Assembly (NCBI RefSeq): GCF_006345805.1
Contig: NC_043005.1
Location: forward strand, 87,482,001 to 87,546,000
From: Octopus sinensis
Lineage: Eukaryota
Length of the DNA: 64,000 nt
Direction: 5' to 3'
The position numbers were made by a program, and so were the translations under genes. Of this stretch, positions 24,389-38,048 are shown in pieces. A model generated the notes under the pieces. The model was not told the origin of the DNA, did no database searches, and was given only the letters and a program-made list of their open reading frames with translations. Each line of letters begins with the position of its first letter. The first letter of the stretch is position 1.

Positions 24389-26079
24389 TATATATATATG
24401 AATCCAGCCATACACATACAAACACACACACACATATATATACATTATGTGTGAGTGTATTTATCGATATGTATGCATGCAAGTATATATGTATGTACGT
24501 ATGTACGTATGTACGTAGGTACGTATGTACGTATGTACGTATGTATGTATGTATGTATGTATGTATGTATGTTTGTATGTATGTATGTACCTATGTATGT
24601 GTGTATGTAGGTGTGTGTGTGTAGCCTATCATTGCATGGCTAATACGGTTAAAGCACAAGACGGGTATACGAAACTTTCTCTAGATTCTCTCGCCAAGTA
24701 TTACGTTTTTACTGATATTCATAACTGTTGCTTACACTCTACCTGTTATTCAAACATCTTCCTAAATAATTTGATTATTTGTATTTTGTGAGAACAACGC
24801 ATTTGGAATTCTTTCCTAATGCCAGCAAAGGATTGATACTGGAAAAATGCTATTTTTTTTTCAACTACGTGAACTAGAATAAGCAAGTTTGCGATTTTTA
24901 TGCGGGTTGCAGAACAATTATTAAGGTAGGTTCTTTGAGTGTTTCCAGTATACGCATTTCCCTTTATATCTTTTGATAGCTCTGCTTTTGCAAAAGTATT
25001 GTCGATGTGTAAGAGTTGAAAAGCTCATAGATGTGATAGAATCTTGAACTGAAAGCTGGTCACAAACATCCCTTTCATGGGAATGGTGCAGGATACTGTT
25101 CTTTTGGCATACTCAATGTCTTCGTTTTATGAAGAAAAAGGAAATTAGATTGTGAGAGTTTCATGCCTTCCACAGGTCTATTAACGGACATAAAGATGTA
25201 AGTGAAATGAAATAGGCACAGCAGTTCATATTGTCTTATATATCTGGAACGAAAGTATTACGGAATTGCTTTATCTTATATGTAACGACATTGTTTTAAT
25301 GGCGCCTACATTCTCACTTTGTAACCGATAAGTATTGTCATTGCTAGGGCTATTACATGGGATCTCTCAATGGGAATTTAATATAAAATGATGGATGTAA
25401 AGATGGAGTTTCTTTGGAAAACCTAACCTTTCCTTTATTTTTGTTAGTTTTATACACCTTCCCCTCAAACATTCTAAGTATCATTGGTGTCTACAGAGGC
25501 TTCTAATGCACAAGTCAACAGTTGGAGTATCAACGTCTCATGTTTAATTGACTTGTATTCATTTCTTTTTCAATTTATCATTTTTTCTTCGTTAATAATA
25601 GATTTCTTTGCAATCAAAAATTTGTTGACATTTTACAAAGAAAGAAAAAGTACAAAATAGCCAAATATCAAGTAGCTAGAGTAACTTAAATTATTTTAAT
25701 AGATTACGCGGTGCCCCTGTGTCTCAGAGGAGTTTTTATGATGATGTAAAAGATATAAATGCAATTAAATAACTTAAGATTGTTTGAATATTTATTCGTA
25801 ATACATTCCGATAGATTCGCACGCGAATAAGCTAACCATTGATGTTTTTTCTCGCAGAAGAACGATTTCTACTTTATGACAAATGTGTACTCATAAGACA
25901 CCCCAGTCATTAAGGCAAGGAACACGGGAGCTGGTGTTTTGAAAACTTTGATGTCGAAAATAACATCAGAAACAATCTGAGTAGGTATTAAATCCACAGT
26001 CAAACGGCATTGGACTTCAAAAGCATTCTACAAAATATACTGCATATAACACACACACACATACATCTCTCTCTTTCTC

Positions 26080-26137
<58 letters not shown>

Positions 26138-26140
26138 CAG

Positions 26141-26172
<32 letters not shown>

Positions 26173-27039
26173 GGAGAGAGAGAGAGAGAAAGAAAGAGAG
26201 AGAGAGAAAGAGAGAGAGGATACTCATGAAAAAAGGACATCAAGCAGTGTCTTAGAAAGTGTATTTTAACCTCAAAAAGATGTCTGGCAAGAAAAAAAAA
26301 TTGATCATATTTTAAAGTCTGGACATATACACGCATATATGGTTGGCTGTGTAGCTAACACGCTCGAAATGTAACCAAATGGCTCGGAGTTCAGTCTTAC
26401 AGTGTGCCAACCTTGAGGAAGAGCTTTTGTTGTAATTCTGTGCCTTTCGGTGTGTGTGTGTGTGTACTTGCATATATATTTTTTCTTAGTTATAGAAACG
26501 ATTTCGCTCGATATTTCCTAACATGCTGCCTGGAAGATTGGAGAAACTTTTCTATTCATTCTGACAGGAATCTGCTAAAATCAATCGCTCTCTTTCATTG
26601 CCATTCCGATATCTATAAACAGAAATAACTTAATTAGATATTTATCTTGATTTGCACAACTAAATTAGCGATCATTAACTCAGTAAATTATCATTGTGTT
26701 ATAAATGTTGTTAAAGTAATTGACAGAAAGAAAATACTATCGTAGCTACCTTATGAAATGAATATTATTGATGTAACGCCACATTATTAAAACTTGCAAT
26801 AAAAACAATGATGTTTTATTGAGTCATGATTGCTAATGTCAGATCACGTTATTGCTTGATACCTTCATATAAAGCTAATTAATGATTTATATGTTAAGTT
26901 GAACATCAAAATATGCTGTGTGTAAACAACGTAGACTGTGTTCATTTATTACAATAATTATGTAGTTGACACCCGGCATTTGACAACCTCACGTGTTGCA
27001 TATCTAATCATCAGTGGTGTATCAGTCGGACATTTAATG

Positions 27040-27700
27040 TATGCGTTGGTATCAAAAGGTTCCCGGATTAGTTCTTTAGCGCGCCAACAGATGGCAGCAC
27101 ACTTGCGTGCACAGTGACTGTTAGCAGTGACATTCGTGAGGCAGTGTGATGAGTGACATCGCTGTTTTTACTTCGCAATTTCTGAAAATTGTGCTTTTGT
27201 AATCACATGGATTCTATAGTCTGCGATTTTGTTATGGACAGAAACAAAGAGCAAACGTGGAATTTTGCATTAAACCTGCGAATTCTGCTACCGATGCATT
27301 GAGCATGCATCAGCATGCTTACAGCGATGAAGCAATGGGTTGTACGCAATGTTACGAGTGGTACGAGCGCTTGAAATGCGGAAGGACGTCTCTGGAGATG
27401 ATGTGTGATCTGGAAGACCTACGTCACCCCCGGAAATGTGGTATCGAGAATTCGTCCCCCCAGGACCTAACCGTCAATCAAGAATTCTACTGTGACGTTT
27501 TGAAATGTCCGAGAGGGGACATTCGGCGAAAGCGATCGGATCTGTGGAGCGGGAAGAATTGGATTCTTAATGACGACAGTGCAGCCTGCCTCCGAGCTCT
27601 GCACAGTTGTGAGTTTTTCGCCCAAACTAACATGGTATCGCTTTCGCACCCACATTATTCGCCAGATTTACCACCTTCCCTAAAAGAGAAAGGTCAACAA
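27040..27700 (+). mobile_element. Internally deleted mariner element
   Basis: TIR-like tatgcgttggtatcaaaaggttcccgga; EFCIK...ATDALSM...YEWYERLKCGRTSLE HTH and HPHYSPDLPP motif. Confidence 0.85.
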
Positions 27701-27774
27701 ATTGTTTAAAATATTAAAATGCTCTGGAAATTTGTGATACGATTTCGTATGTCCATACATGCATACATACATAC

Positions 27775-28250
27775 TCTTTTACTCTTTTACTTGTTTTAGG
27801 TATTTGACTGTGGCCATGGTGGAGCACTGCATTTAGTCGAGCAAATCGACTCCAGGACGTATTCTTTGTAAGCGACAAGGTTTCAGTTTCAATCTCCCAG
27901 TGTAGCACTTCGGAGGGCAAGTATCTTATGCTGTGGTGTCGGGCCGACCAAAGCCTTGCGAGGGAATTTGCTTGACAGAAACTGGAAGAAACCAGTCGCA
28001 AGCGCGTGTGTGCGTATGCGTATTTGTCTTTGTATCTGTTTTCGTCCCTCATCACCGCTTGACAACCGCTGGTAGTGTGTTTACGTCCCAGTAACTCAGA
28101 AGTTCGGAAGAGGGAGCGATAGAATAATGATCATGCTTATTAAAAAATAAGCACTCATGTGGATTCAGTCAACTAGAAACTCTTCATGACACTGCCCTAG
28201 TATGGCCGCAGTCCGATGACTGAAACTAGTGAAAGATTAAAGATAAAAAA
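27775..28250. mobile_element. OR2-like SINE tail (minus) joined to a diverged plus-strand OR2-like copy
   Basis: Tail motif in opposite orientations at 27775-27880 and 28180-28250. Confidence 0.7.
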
Positions 28251-28329
28251 CATAAATAGCATACCTACCAATATTTAGTGTTGAACCAATCAGATAACTT
28301 AAGAATCATAAGCAACTGTCTCCGCGTTA

Positions 28330-29182
28330 CGGGAATCATCGCAACGACCGTTTGAGCAAATGTGGTGGAGCGATTTCAAGATGTTATTGCGCTGAATATG
28401 CCAAACAGGTATAGCAATCCGTTTGAGGTCGATGCAGTTGATTGCGAGGACGACATTCAGAGGAATTGATAGAATTACAAAATGACGATGACGCAACAAT
28501 GCGATATCGCCGTAATGTCAAAGGTTTGTGGTACCATCAGGGGATATTGAATTCCTACCCAAATCAGTGGAAACACCTGAAATTACTTTTGCTTGCCTTC
28601 CCTGCCTCATACCTGGATAAATCTGGTTTTAACCATGCTAGAACTTTATTTTTCCATAAAAGAATTGGACTGGATATGATACAACGAGGAGATTTGCGGT
28701 CAAAGTTGACAAGTTTGAAACTGAATGTATTTGCACTATCTGTATCGCACCAAACACATAGTTCTTAAAAAGTTTTATTCTTTTCCTTTATAATACAATC
28801 ATTAATTATTTTTGCATCGGTAGTTCTGATCAATGGTTCATTTGGGGAAAATGAAAGAAAAGTGAAAAAGGAAGCACAAGTTTCCAGAAGTTAATCTGTC
28901 TGCATAATATAGAGTTAACGTTAGAATTTCATTCACATTAATGGCAAAACTAAACCCACAATAAGGTATTTGAAAACAACCGCATATTTAGTCCAAATGG
29001 CGCTAATAAGACATCAAGTCTACTATATAGTGTGTGCGTCAAAGGATGCTAGGTGGGGGGTCCTAGAGGATTTTGTGTTAGGTGGAGTTGTGTCGGGTTT
29101 TTTAAAAAGGTAGGCGATGGAACATTTGTTCGCTAATAAGTGGGCGATATTGCAATTTGGCGCAAAAAATTGGGAAACACTG
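28330..29182 (+). mobile_element. hAT (Buster-type) transposon 3' end
   Basis: EELIELQND...LLLAFPASYL..SGF...RGDLR dimerisation-domain pattern; TIR ttgggaaacactg ending 29182 followed by cacTAgac (nnnTAnnn target consensus of Buster elements). Confidence 0.85.
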
Positions 29183-29868
29183 CACTAGACTCTTCAATCC
29201 GGTGCTCCAGCAAGGCTGAACTCCATAGACTAAAACGATAAGAATTTTTAAGAATAATGATTTTAAATTTAAATTTAAAACAAATCGAAACTAGCTGTAC
29301 AAGAAAAAGGAATAAGAAAACACTTTTTGAATCATTAAAATGAATTTATCAATTTTTAAAGCAACAATATTCAAAATATCATTTTCTAGGTTTATTAGAG
29401 TATAGCAATTCAATTAAACTTAAATTTAAAACTAAAATGTTGAGATTGTTTGTATATGGGAGGACAAGGACGTATGTTACAATTTTCAGTGATTTTATTT
29501 AGGTATTAAGTTAAATAAATTGTCGAATGTGTTAGAATTAGTTTAACAAGTGTAGATATTTTGGAAACTGATTCTTACTTTATATTTAGGGAAGTTTAAC
29601 TATTATTTCACGTAGAGTAGAATTTGACGAAGTGTTGATATGTGTGGTGTGGGATGGGGTTCTGTTAGTATATACTAGTATGTGTGTATTCCTGTAATGT
29701 TGGTATTTACGTCCAGCTAAAACCAATAATAAAACAATAAAACAATTTAACACTAAACACTGAACAATTACTAAATACTTTTCGTAGAATGCAAATTGTA
29801 TGCATCATATTTCTTATATTCTTACTTGTTACATATATATATACTCCATTCTTTCATATATATATATT

Positions 29869-29942
<74 letters not shown>

Positions 29943-30905
29943 TATATATATGAATAAATAGATAGATAGAGATATGTATGTATGTATATATATATATATG
30001 TAAATATACAGACTTTCAAGCTAATGGAATTCGGTATGTACAAATATTTACTTATATTAAAAGGGATATATTACTTAACTAAGAAGCTGGAGGCAAAACA
30101 AAATAATAATGAATTTGAAAGTTAGGATTCATTATTATGAAAATATTATATCTTCCTAGTTTAATGAAAAGTCAAAAACTAATATATTAATTGTGTACAT
30201 CTGAGAAAAAGAAATTCTCAATATTAGTTTACGAAAGTTATGCATATATATATATTATGTTTATGGAATAATGCTAGATATATGAAATAGCTGGAGATAG
30301 AGGCTGCCAAATACGAAGAAAAGCCGAAAGTATAATTATTCGTAAAGAAAAAAAATGCCGTGCTATAGATAGATATTTCAAGAGTTTGGAAACACTTAAC
30401 TTTAAGAATTTAGTATTAATGGGTAGGAATGTATGCCAGACGTATAGTCTTTAAAATGTATCATGTGTGACATGAAATTTCTCTGTTGAATAGAAAATTG
30501 AATAGAAAGCCAGAAACTATAGAGTTGGTACTATTTGACTTAAAGGTGTAATATGTTATCTCCAGTCCATTGCTATGAAAATAAATAAGCTGAGTGTAGA
30601 GGCGGGAGGTGGGGACTAAAACTAGTAACAAGATGGAAGGATGTATGAGAATAAGTTATCAGAAATTCGTAAATTAAAGTATAAGATAACGATTTCACAC
30701 AACCTGGTACACACGTGCACAAGCACACACATAGATACTCACACGGGCACACACAAACACTCACACACACAAACACTCGCACACAAACACATACTACATA
30801 CATATGTATGTTTGTTTTTATACTCAGTTATAAAAGCAATCTTACATTAACCTGATGGGTTGCTCTATAATTTTGTAGATTACAAATTTATTATTCTTTA
30901 ACGAA

Positions 30906-31013
30906 AATATCATTGACAGTGACTTCGGAGTTTCGGTCAATAAAACCAAAGTCGGAATGCAATCCGTCGATGGCTTTACTATCCGAAACTTTGAAGTGAC
31001 AGTCAATAATATT
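30906..31013. repeat. Fold-back element, 31-bp inverted arms
   Basis: Arms 30906-30936 and 30983-31013, 26/31 complementary; homologous to 48856-48947. Confidence 0.8.
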
Positions 31014-31026
31014 CGCTTTTAATATA

Positions 31027-31433
31027 CATGCGTGGATTTGTGGTAAGAAGCTTGCTTCCAACCACATGGTTCGGCGTTCAGTCCCATTGCGTAGCACCTT
31101 GGGCAAGTGTCTTCTGCTATAGTCTCGGGCCGATCAAAGCCTTGTGAATGGATTTGGTAGACGGAAACTGAAAGAAGCCTGTCACATATATGTGTGTTTC
31201 TGTATCTATGTGTGTGTATCTTTGTATTTGTGTTTGCCCTCCACCATCACCGCTTAGCAACCGTTGTTGGTGTGTTTACGTCCCCGTAACTTAGCGGTTC
31301 GGCAATAAGAGACCGATAGAATAACTACCAAGCTTCAATTTAAAGTAAGTTCTAGGGTCGATATATTCGATTAAAAACTTTCAAGGCGGTGCTCCTGTAT
31401 GACCGAAGTCAAATGACTGAAACAAGTTAAAGA

Positions 31434-31436
<3 letters not shown>
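31027..31436 (+). mobile_element. Full-length OR2-like CORE SINE
   Basis: Head, accttgggcaagtgtctt CORE-like start, tail aaatgactgaaacaag. Confidence 0.92.
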
Positions 31437-31499
<63 letters not shown>

Positions 31500-31580
31500 A
31501 AGGTAGATATAGATATATATATATATATATATATATTTATGATATATATATATATACATATATATATATAATATATATAT

Positions 31581-31611
<31 letters not shown>

Positions 31612-31615
31612 TTAT

Positions 31616-31700
<85 letters not shown>

Positions 31701-33269
31701 ATATATACAGATATATATACATACACATATATATATATATATGCATATATAGATACATATACATACAATATATTTATATATATATTTAATGTATGTACAT
31801 ACACGTTCATATACGTATATTTGTATGTGTGTGTGCGCGCCTATGTATGTGTGTGTGTGCTTATAGAAGGATATGTAAGTTGTAAGGTATTAGATAATAG
31901 CTGTAAATAAAGCAGAGCATATAGCATTGTCTCTGTGTTCCATTAACGAAATTCCCGCCCGTATCAACGATCTGCATATAAACAATCACACCTTCACAAA
32001 ACCTTTTTATGTGTTTCGATAAGCTATTTCTATAACCTGGTCTCTACCTTGAGATAAGAATTTCATTGATAAACACTTCATGGAAATAATGTATATTTTC
32101 TAGCCAGTACCGTTTGACACCCATTCCATCCAGTCCAAATTATTCTTCGATTTGCCTTGGAATTCTATATTTTCAGGCTACGTCGTGCGTATATTTCTGT
32201 AATATTTCTTTTCTTATAACTGTTTTCTCTTCATTATTATTGTGTAAGAGTATTTTTTCACACAATATTTTCAGGCAGAAGCCTTTCATCTAAAACACTA
32301 TAAAAAATTATTAAATGCCAGAGAAAAAATATATAATCTTGATCTCCAATTTAACGTGCCTATCGCTTTAGAACAAAGAAGACGGTGTGACTTACCTGGA
32401 AATCTTTCATAAGGATTTGTGGTGCATAAAAACACATGTAATTATACTGTTGACAGACGATAGTCGTCTGCTACGGCCACTGGAGGTCTCAGATCATGTA
32501 ATTTCACCCTTCAGACTCTGTATTCTCCCAAGATTCTATGTGTCGTTGACGGGAGATTCGTCTTTTATCACGCTGCTGAACATCTATCACTGACTAACCC
32601 ACAAGTTGAAATGATTCTGGCTGCGTAACAGACGGCTCTCGACCGTCAACGATGTAATTTGTGCATTTGTGCACCCCACGTCCTCGTGAGAGATCCTCTT
32701 AAGGTAAACAAGGGAGTATTTTGTGTTCAAACACCACCGTCATGCTAAGCTGAAGATCAAGATTACGTAAATAACACCATATTGATTCTGTACTTCTTTT
32801 GCTACGCTTCATAAACACTACGAATTTTATCTCACAAAGTCTCATCTCCAGAATGTTAAACTATATCTCAATAGCCATCAGGTGAATATCCATACTTTTG
32901 AATATCTTAAAATTCTCTTTGCCAATGTATAATACGATTATTCAATTTTACATATATTATAAAAGTAATCCGAAATAGCTTTTCTTACAAACGTCACAAG
33001 ATTCAAATTTGTATCTTTTTCCCCAACAAATTTAAATAATCACATTCCTGTAACAGAAGAAAATATTCTCCTGCAGTGAATTCCATTAATATAAATATTC
33101 TTTTTTATATCAATATATTTTCACTTTTAGTCAATTTCTTTGACTCATCCAACACATCCATAGATTAACTTAACAATTTAGAGTGACAATATTTCATCTT
33201 AATTACATCTCTGAAATTTTTCTCGTCTAATTTATACTCTAATAATCTTCATATCTTTCATCTCCTTCA

Positions 33270-33640
33270 ATTGTGATAATTCAGTTTCAAATTTTGGCAC
33301 AAGACCACAAAGTTCGCAGTGGAAGGTTAAGTCAATTAGATCAACCCCAGTGTGCAACTGGTTCTTATTTTTCTCAGCCCCGAAAAGATGAAAGGGAAAA
33401 CAGACCTGGGCGGAATTTGGACTTCGAACGTAAAAGACGGATGAAACTCCTCTAATGAATTTTGCGGCATTTCATCCGTCTTTTACGTTTCAAGTTCAAA
33501 TTCCTAGTGGGCCACCTTTTTCGTTCATCCTCTCGGGTTTTCTAAAATGAACACCTGTTGACCACGGGGATCGATATAATCGACTTTTGACCCTGAGTCC
33601 TAAATTATTGGCGTTCTATCAGCATTTGAAACCAATACGG
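33270..33640. mobile_element. Head-to-head inverted pair of OR1-like SINE bodies
   Basis: Perfect 19-bp inverted repeat 33428-33446 / 33470-33488, continuing imperfectly. Confidence 0.75.
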
Positions 33641-34202
33641 AAGTTAAATAACTACATTCAAATACAAATCATCTTAAGCTACACTTTTCATTCGAACTGC
33701 TTCCATATAATTTATTCATGTATATGTGATGTGTGGGAGTGTATTTAATAAACACTGTGTATAATTAATATTATGATGTTATGATTTTAAACTACTATAA
33801 TTTTCACTTATTCCAAAACACTACCCTCTGCTTGTAAGTAATTTTTCTATCACCAGGATCACAGGAGCATTCTTCGTTAATTACCCCCCTATTACATCGA
33901 CATTTCGCTTGCAGCCCCCATATAACTCCGCCGAAAATAAGGAATGAGCACAACCATACAATCAAATTATTCAGGAATTGAACAAAGTTGATAGGAAAGA
34001 TAGCTTTAGAAGAGAGGAAAACGATTAAATTAAGAAAAATATCAATAACCCGAATTTAATCGTATTAAATGTAGATCGGTATCAAACATTAGGTCAGAAT
34101 CTAATATACATATGCTTCAAATCAAAGCGTCGGCCGCTTACAATAAACAAATTAGAAATGAAAATGACAACGGAATAAATCCATTATGTTATGAACTTTA
34201 GC

Positions 34203-34277
34203 AGCTTACAGTTGTTTCTGCTATATGAAGCAATGCAAGAATAGGCTTATGTGATAACCATTAGCTTCATCAGAGCT
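34203..34277 (-). ncRNA. Type I hammerhead candidate
   Basis: AGCU-CUGAUGA-A-GCUA...UAGC-A-GAAA-C-AACU-GUA-AGCU. Confidence 0.5.
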
Positions 34278-34473
34278 TTAATCATGAAGTGCAACTTTTA
34301 AAATTGCATTTCATATTTGAAGTTCCGGTAATAGTATAGCATAATAAAGGCAATACACAAGCACCCTAACGGGTGCTTGTGTATTACTTCCTTACATACA
34401 TGCACACAGAACACATGCATAAACACATACATACGTACGTTCCTACATAAATACATAAACACATAATACCGAC

Positions 34474-34545
<72 letters not shown>

Positions 34546-34587
34546 ACAAATGGAAGACAAGATGGAACATATGAGCATATATTGTTA

Positions 34588-34691
34588 ATCACGACAATTG
34601 TTTCGACACATCTAGCACCGACTCCTTTTGTGGGACACTCAGCAACTGGTTCAGGAGTATCCGGTGGTGCAGAGATATCTCGTCGGGTGAT
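34588..34691 (-). ncRNA. Type I hammerhead variant (CCGACGA core, long stem II)
   Basis: Stem I AUCAC/GUGAU, 13-pair stem II opened by G-C, GAAA, palindromic ACAAUUGU, GUC triplet. Confidence 0.7.
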
Positions 34692-35342
34692 AAGTAAATA
34701 AATAAATAAACTCGTTAAAATGACTGTTGCACAATGCAACTTTCTGTTTTGTAGAGAGAAAAAGAGGTAGACAGAGGAAAATTTTTCATATATATAGAAG
34801 ATCTCCAAAATAAATTTGCAGAAGACAAAGAGAGAAACGAACACGTATATATAAATTTGTTATGTGAAGTGATATTCAGATGAAAAAATGGAATATAGTG
34901 AATATTTGAACAATGAACTCTAGGCCCGTAAGGTTTCGACTGAAAAGGAGAACAATGGAAGTACACTGTTGATTAGCTTTGCAGAATCATTTCGAAATAT
35001 GATTTGAATTATTATTTAAATGTAAACTTATAACAAAGCATTATTTGTTGTTCAGAAAATATATTGACTTAAAGTTGTTTTTAAAACGCATTTAAATTAT
35101 GTGAAAGGAGAACAAATGTAAAATAGTGTCAGATGACTTGTATTTTAATGAAGTTAAAATGACTAGAATCTTAAACTAAAAGCTAATTCGGCTGAACGCC
35201 CCAAGCCATGCAAACCTATTAGATTGGAAGGTAATGGCAGATATAAAGGTTTATCAAGGGAAAAAAACACATTAATATGAAGGAGTGCATTTCATGAGTT
35301 CTATGTTGATTTCTAGATATTTTCACTGAGAGCCACATTAAC

Positions 35343-35745
35343 GTAGCAGCAGCAGCAACGGCAGTAGTAGTAGTAGTAGTAGTTGCAACAGCAGCAGCAG
35401 TAGCAGTAGTAGTAGCAGCAGCATAGTAGCAGTACTAGTAGTAGTAGTAGTAGCAGCAGCGCGCCAGCAGCAGTAGTAGTAGTTGTAGTAGTAGTAGTGG
35501 TAGTAGTGGTAGTAGCAGCAGCATTGTAGCAGTACTAGTAGTAGTAGTAGCAGCATCAGCGCGCCAGCAGCAGTAGTAGTAGTTGTAGTAGTAGTAGTGG
35601 TAGTGGCAGCGGCAGCAGCAGTAGTAGTAGTTGTAGTAGTAGTAGTGGTAATTGCAGCAGCAGCAGTAGTAGTAGTAGTAGTAGTAGCAGCAGCAGCAGC
35701 AGTAGTGGTGGTAGTGTTAGCGGTTGAGGTGGTGATGGTGGTGGT
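35343..35745. repeat. Compound (AGT/AGC/GGT)n microsatellite with a duplicated block of about 100 bp
   Basis: Directly visible; agtactagtagtagtagtag...gcgccagcagcagtagtagtagttgtag occurs twice. Confidence 0.95.
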
Positions 35746-37406
35746 GTTCATGTATATGTTCAAACACCGGAAATTCTCCTCAAATAATTCTTACGCTGAA
35801 TCGTTAATCGCGCGCCATAAAATCCGGAGATAGACATTGCTTGGTTCTACGTAACCAAACGCAAAGAAATAAACGGAGAAATATAAATATAATAAAAATT
35901 TCGGAATGGTTTGAATCCAACCCGCATTCGCTAGCAAAAAGTAATACTTCCATGCTGCTAAATCTCTTTCGTGTGTTTGTAGGCATTCCATAGCAGAAAA
36001 TATCATTGTATTCCGACATGAAGCCAAATGGTTTTCTTGGCAAGAATATGGTCAAAGCGTATTTTAATATTAACGTAAACCTGGTTGAATTGTTCCACTC
36101 AAACAAAAATGGTAGAGTTAATAATTTGTAACCAAGCTGCAACCGAAAATTACTTTCTCGTCCCCATTTGTATTCCATTCGTATCAATGTATTTGAAGGG
36201 TTACTTCGTTACTTTTTATGTAAGATGATAATAGTGTAAAACCTACGCGAAATCGTCAAGAATAGATTCTTTATATTTCGATATATATATATATATATAT
36301 ATGATAGTGAGCAAAAATATGCGACCAGGAAGGGAAATGTAACGATAAAGCGATCTCACACGTACTTGTACATACGGCGGCAAGCAGCCGAGGTGTGTTG
36401 AGCCGGCTCCGATTAACGAGTTCATCACACCGCTTATGAATGCTATAAGAGTAAGCGATTCGGATAGCGTAGACGCGCCGTAGCCGCGCTCAGTATTCGC
36501 TCTTAGGTGCGGAGTTCATGTTCGGAGGGTCAGTTGGAAAACATGTTCGCATGTGGTCTCCCCTTACATGCAAACACAGGTTCGCATGTGGTCCCCGCTC
36601 GCATGTTCCTCTTTCCGTCGCTTGTCGCCCATTGCAAAAGATTCTCTTACCAAGTTACCGCACATTATTGGAACAGATACAGCTTGGTTTGAAGAAGGTT
36701 CTAAAGACATGCTTTAACAAAAGCTAAGGGGTCCCTCACTCCCAGTGAACTTCCAGTACGCCGAATATTAACCTGCAATTTGTGAGGACCGGCGCTATTA
36801 ATACATAGTCGTCGAACCTACATTTGGTTAATCTGTTCTTATGACTGGTTTTACTTTTTGCCATGTTGAGGCTCTAGCAACCCTCTTCACGAGGCAGGCC
36901 TAGTGGGGGAGGCGATTTAGTCGTCGAATACCTGACTATGGAGCAGGTCAAAAAATAAGTACCAAGTGAGAACTAGGGTCAATGTAATCGAATTATTACC
37001 TTCACTGAAATTGCTGGCCTTGTGCCAAAATTTGATACTAATATCATAAAATATCATAATATTTCTTTCATCATATAATTGTAACGTGTTAACGACCTTC
37101 AATACGTAGGTACTCATGTATAAATATACACATGTATAGTGTGTGTGTATTACACACACACACACACACACAAACAAACAAAACGTCATCTGAAATGTGG
37201 TATTCAGGGAATGAGAGAGTTTGCTACTCTTGTCTATGTTTCCTGTTGCAAGGTGGTTTCATCCGAAACTCTCAAAAGAAAGAGATCCAGTCTTTTGAAT
37301 ACACCTACGTCAATATTATGCTGGTCTCCCAGGCCTTTTAGTAGGTATTTGAAGAGCTGTCGTCTATCCAGCCCCAAGCTGTTGCAACATCTGTTTCTGA
37401 ATCATG

Positions 37407-37438
<32 letters not shown>

Positions 37439-37987
37439 ATGTGTGTGTGTGTGTATGTGTGTGTATACGTATGTATGTACACATGTATGTATATCTTATT
37501 GAACATAAAATCAAAAAATTGCCAACAATCATGCCGGCATCGTCCTGTGTGTTTATTTATTTCACACAGAACACTGACATGGAATATGGAATATGGCCCA
37601 AAACATTTTCACTTCTTTTGCGACTTTTGTTCCAAGAGAAATTCATGTGTTTTGAAAAAGTCCTTAGACTCTGTATAGTTTCCACGGTGTCCCATTTGTA
37701 TTGGAATTAAATGCTTGACAGAGCGATGAAGCACAAGATTCCCATTTTCAAAAATATACTGCAGTTGAGTAAACGTTCAAAGATGTCGCCCCAGCATGGC
37801 CACTTGCCATTGACTGAAACTGATAAAGAAATGAAAAAAACTGAATACGGTAAATGGATATAGGTATGCGCGTCTATGTTTCAGTGCGTGTGTGCGTGTT
37901 AGGGACAGAGAGAGAGTGTGTGACTTTGTGAGCGTGCACGCGTTTATATGTATATGTATTCATACACATACACACTCATATATATAT

Positions 37988-38048
<61 letters not shown>

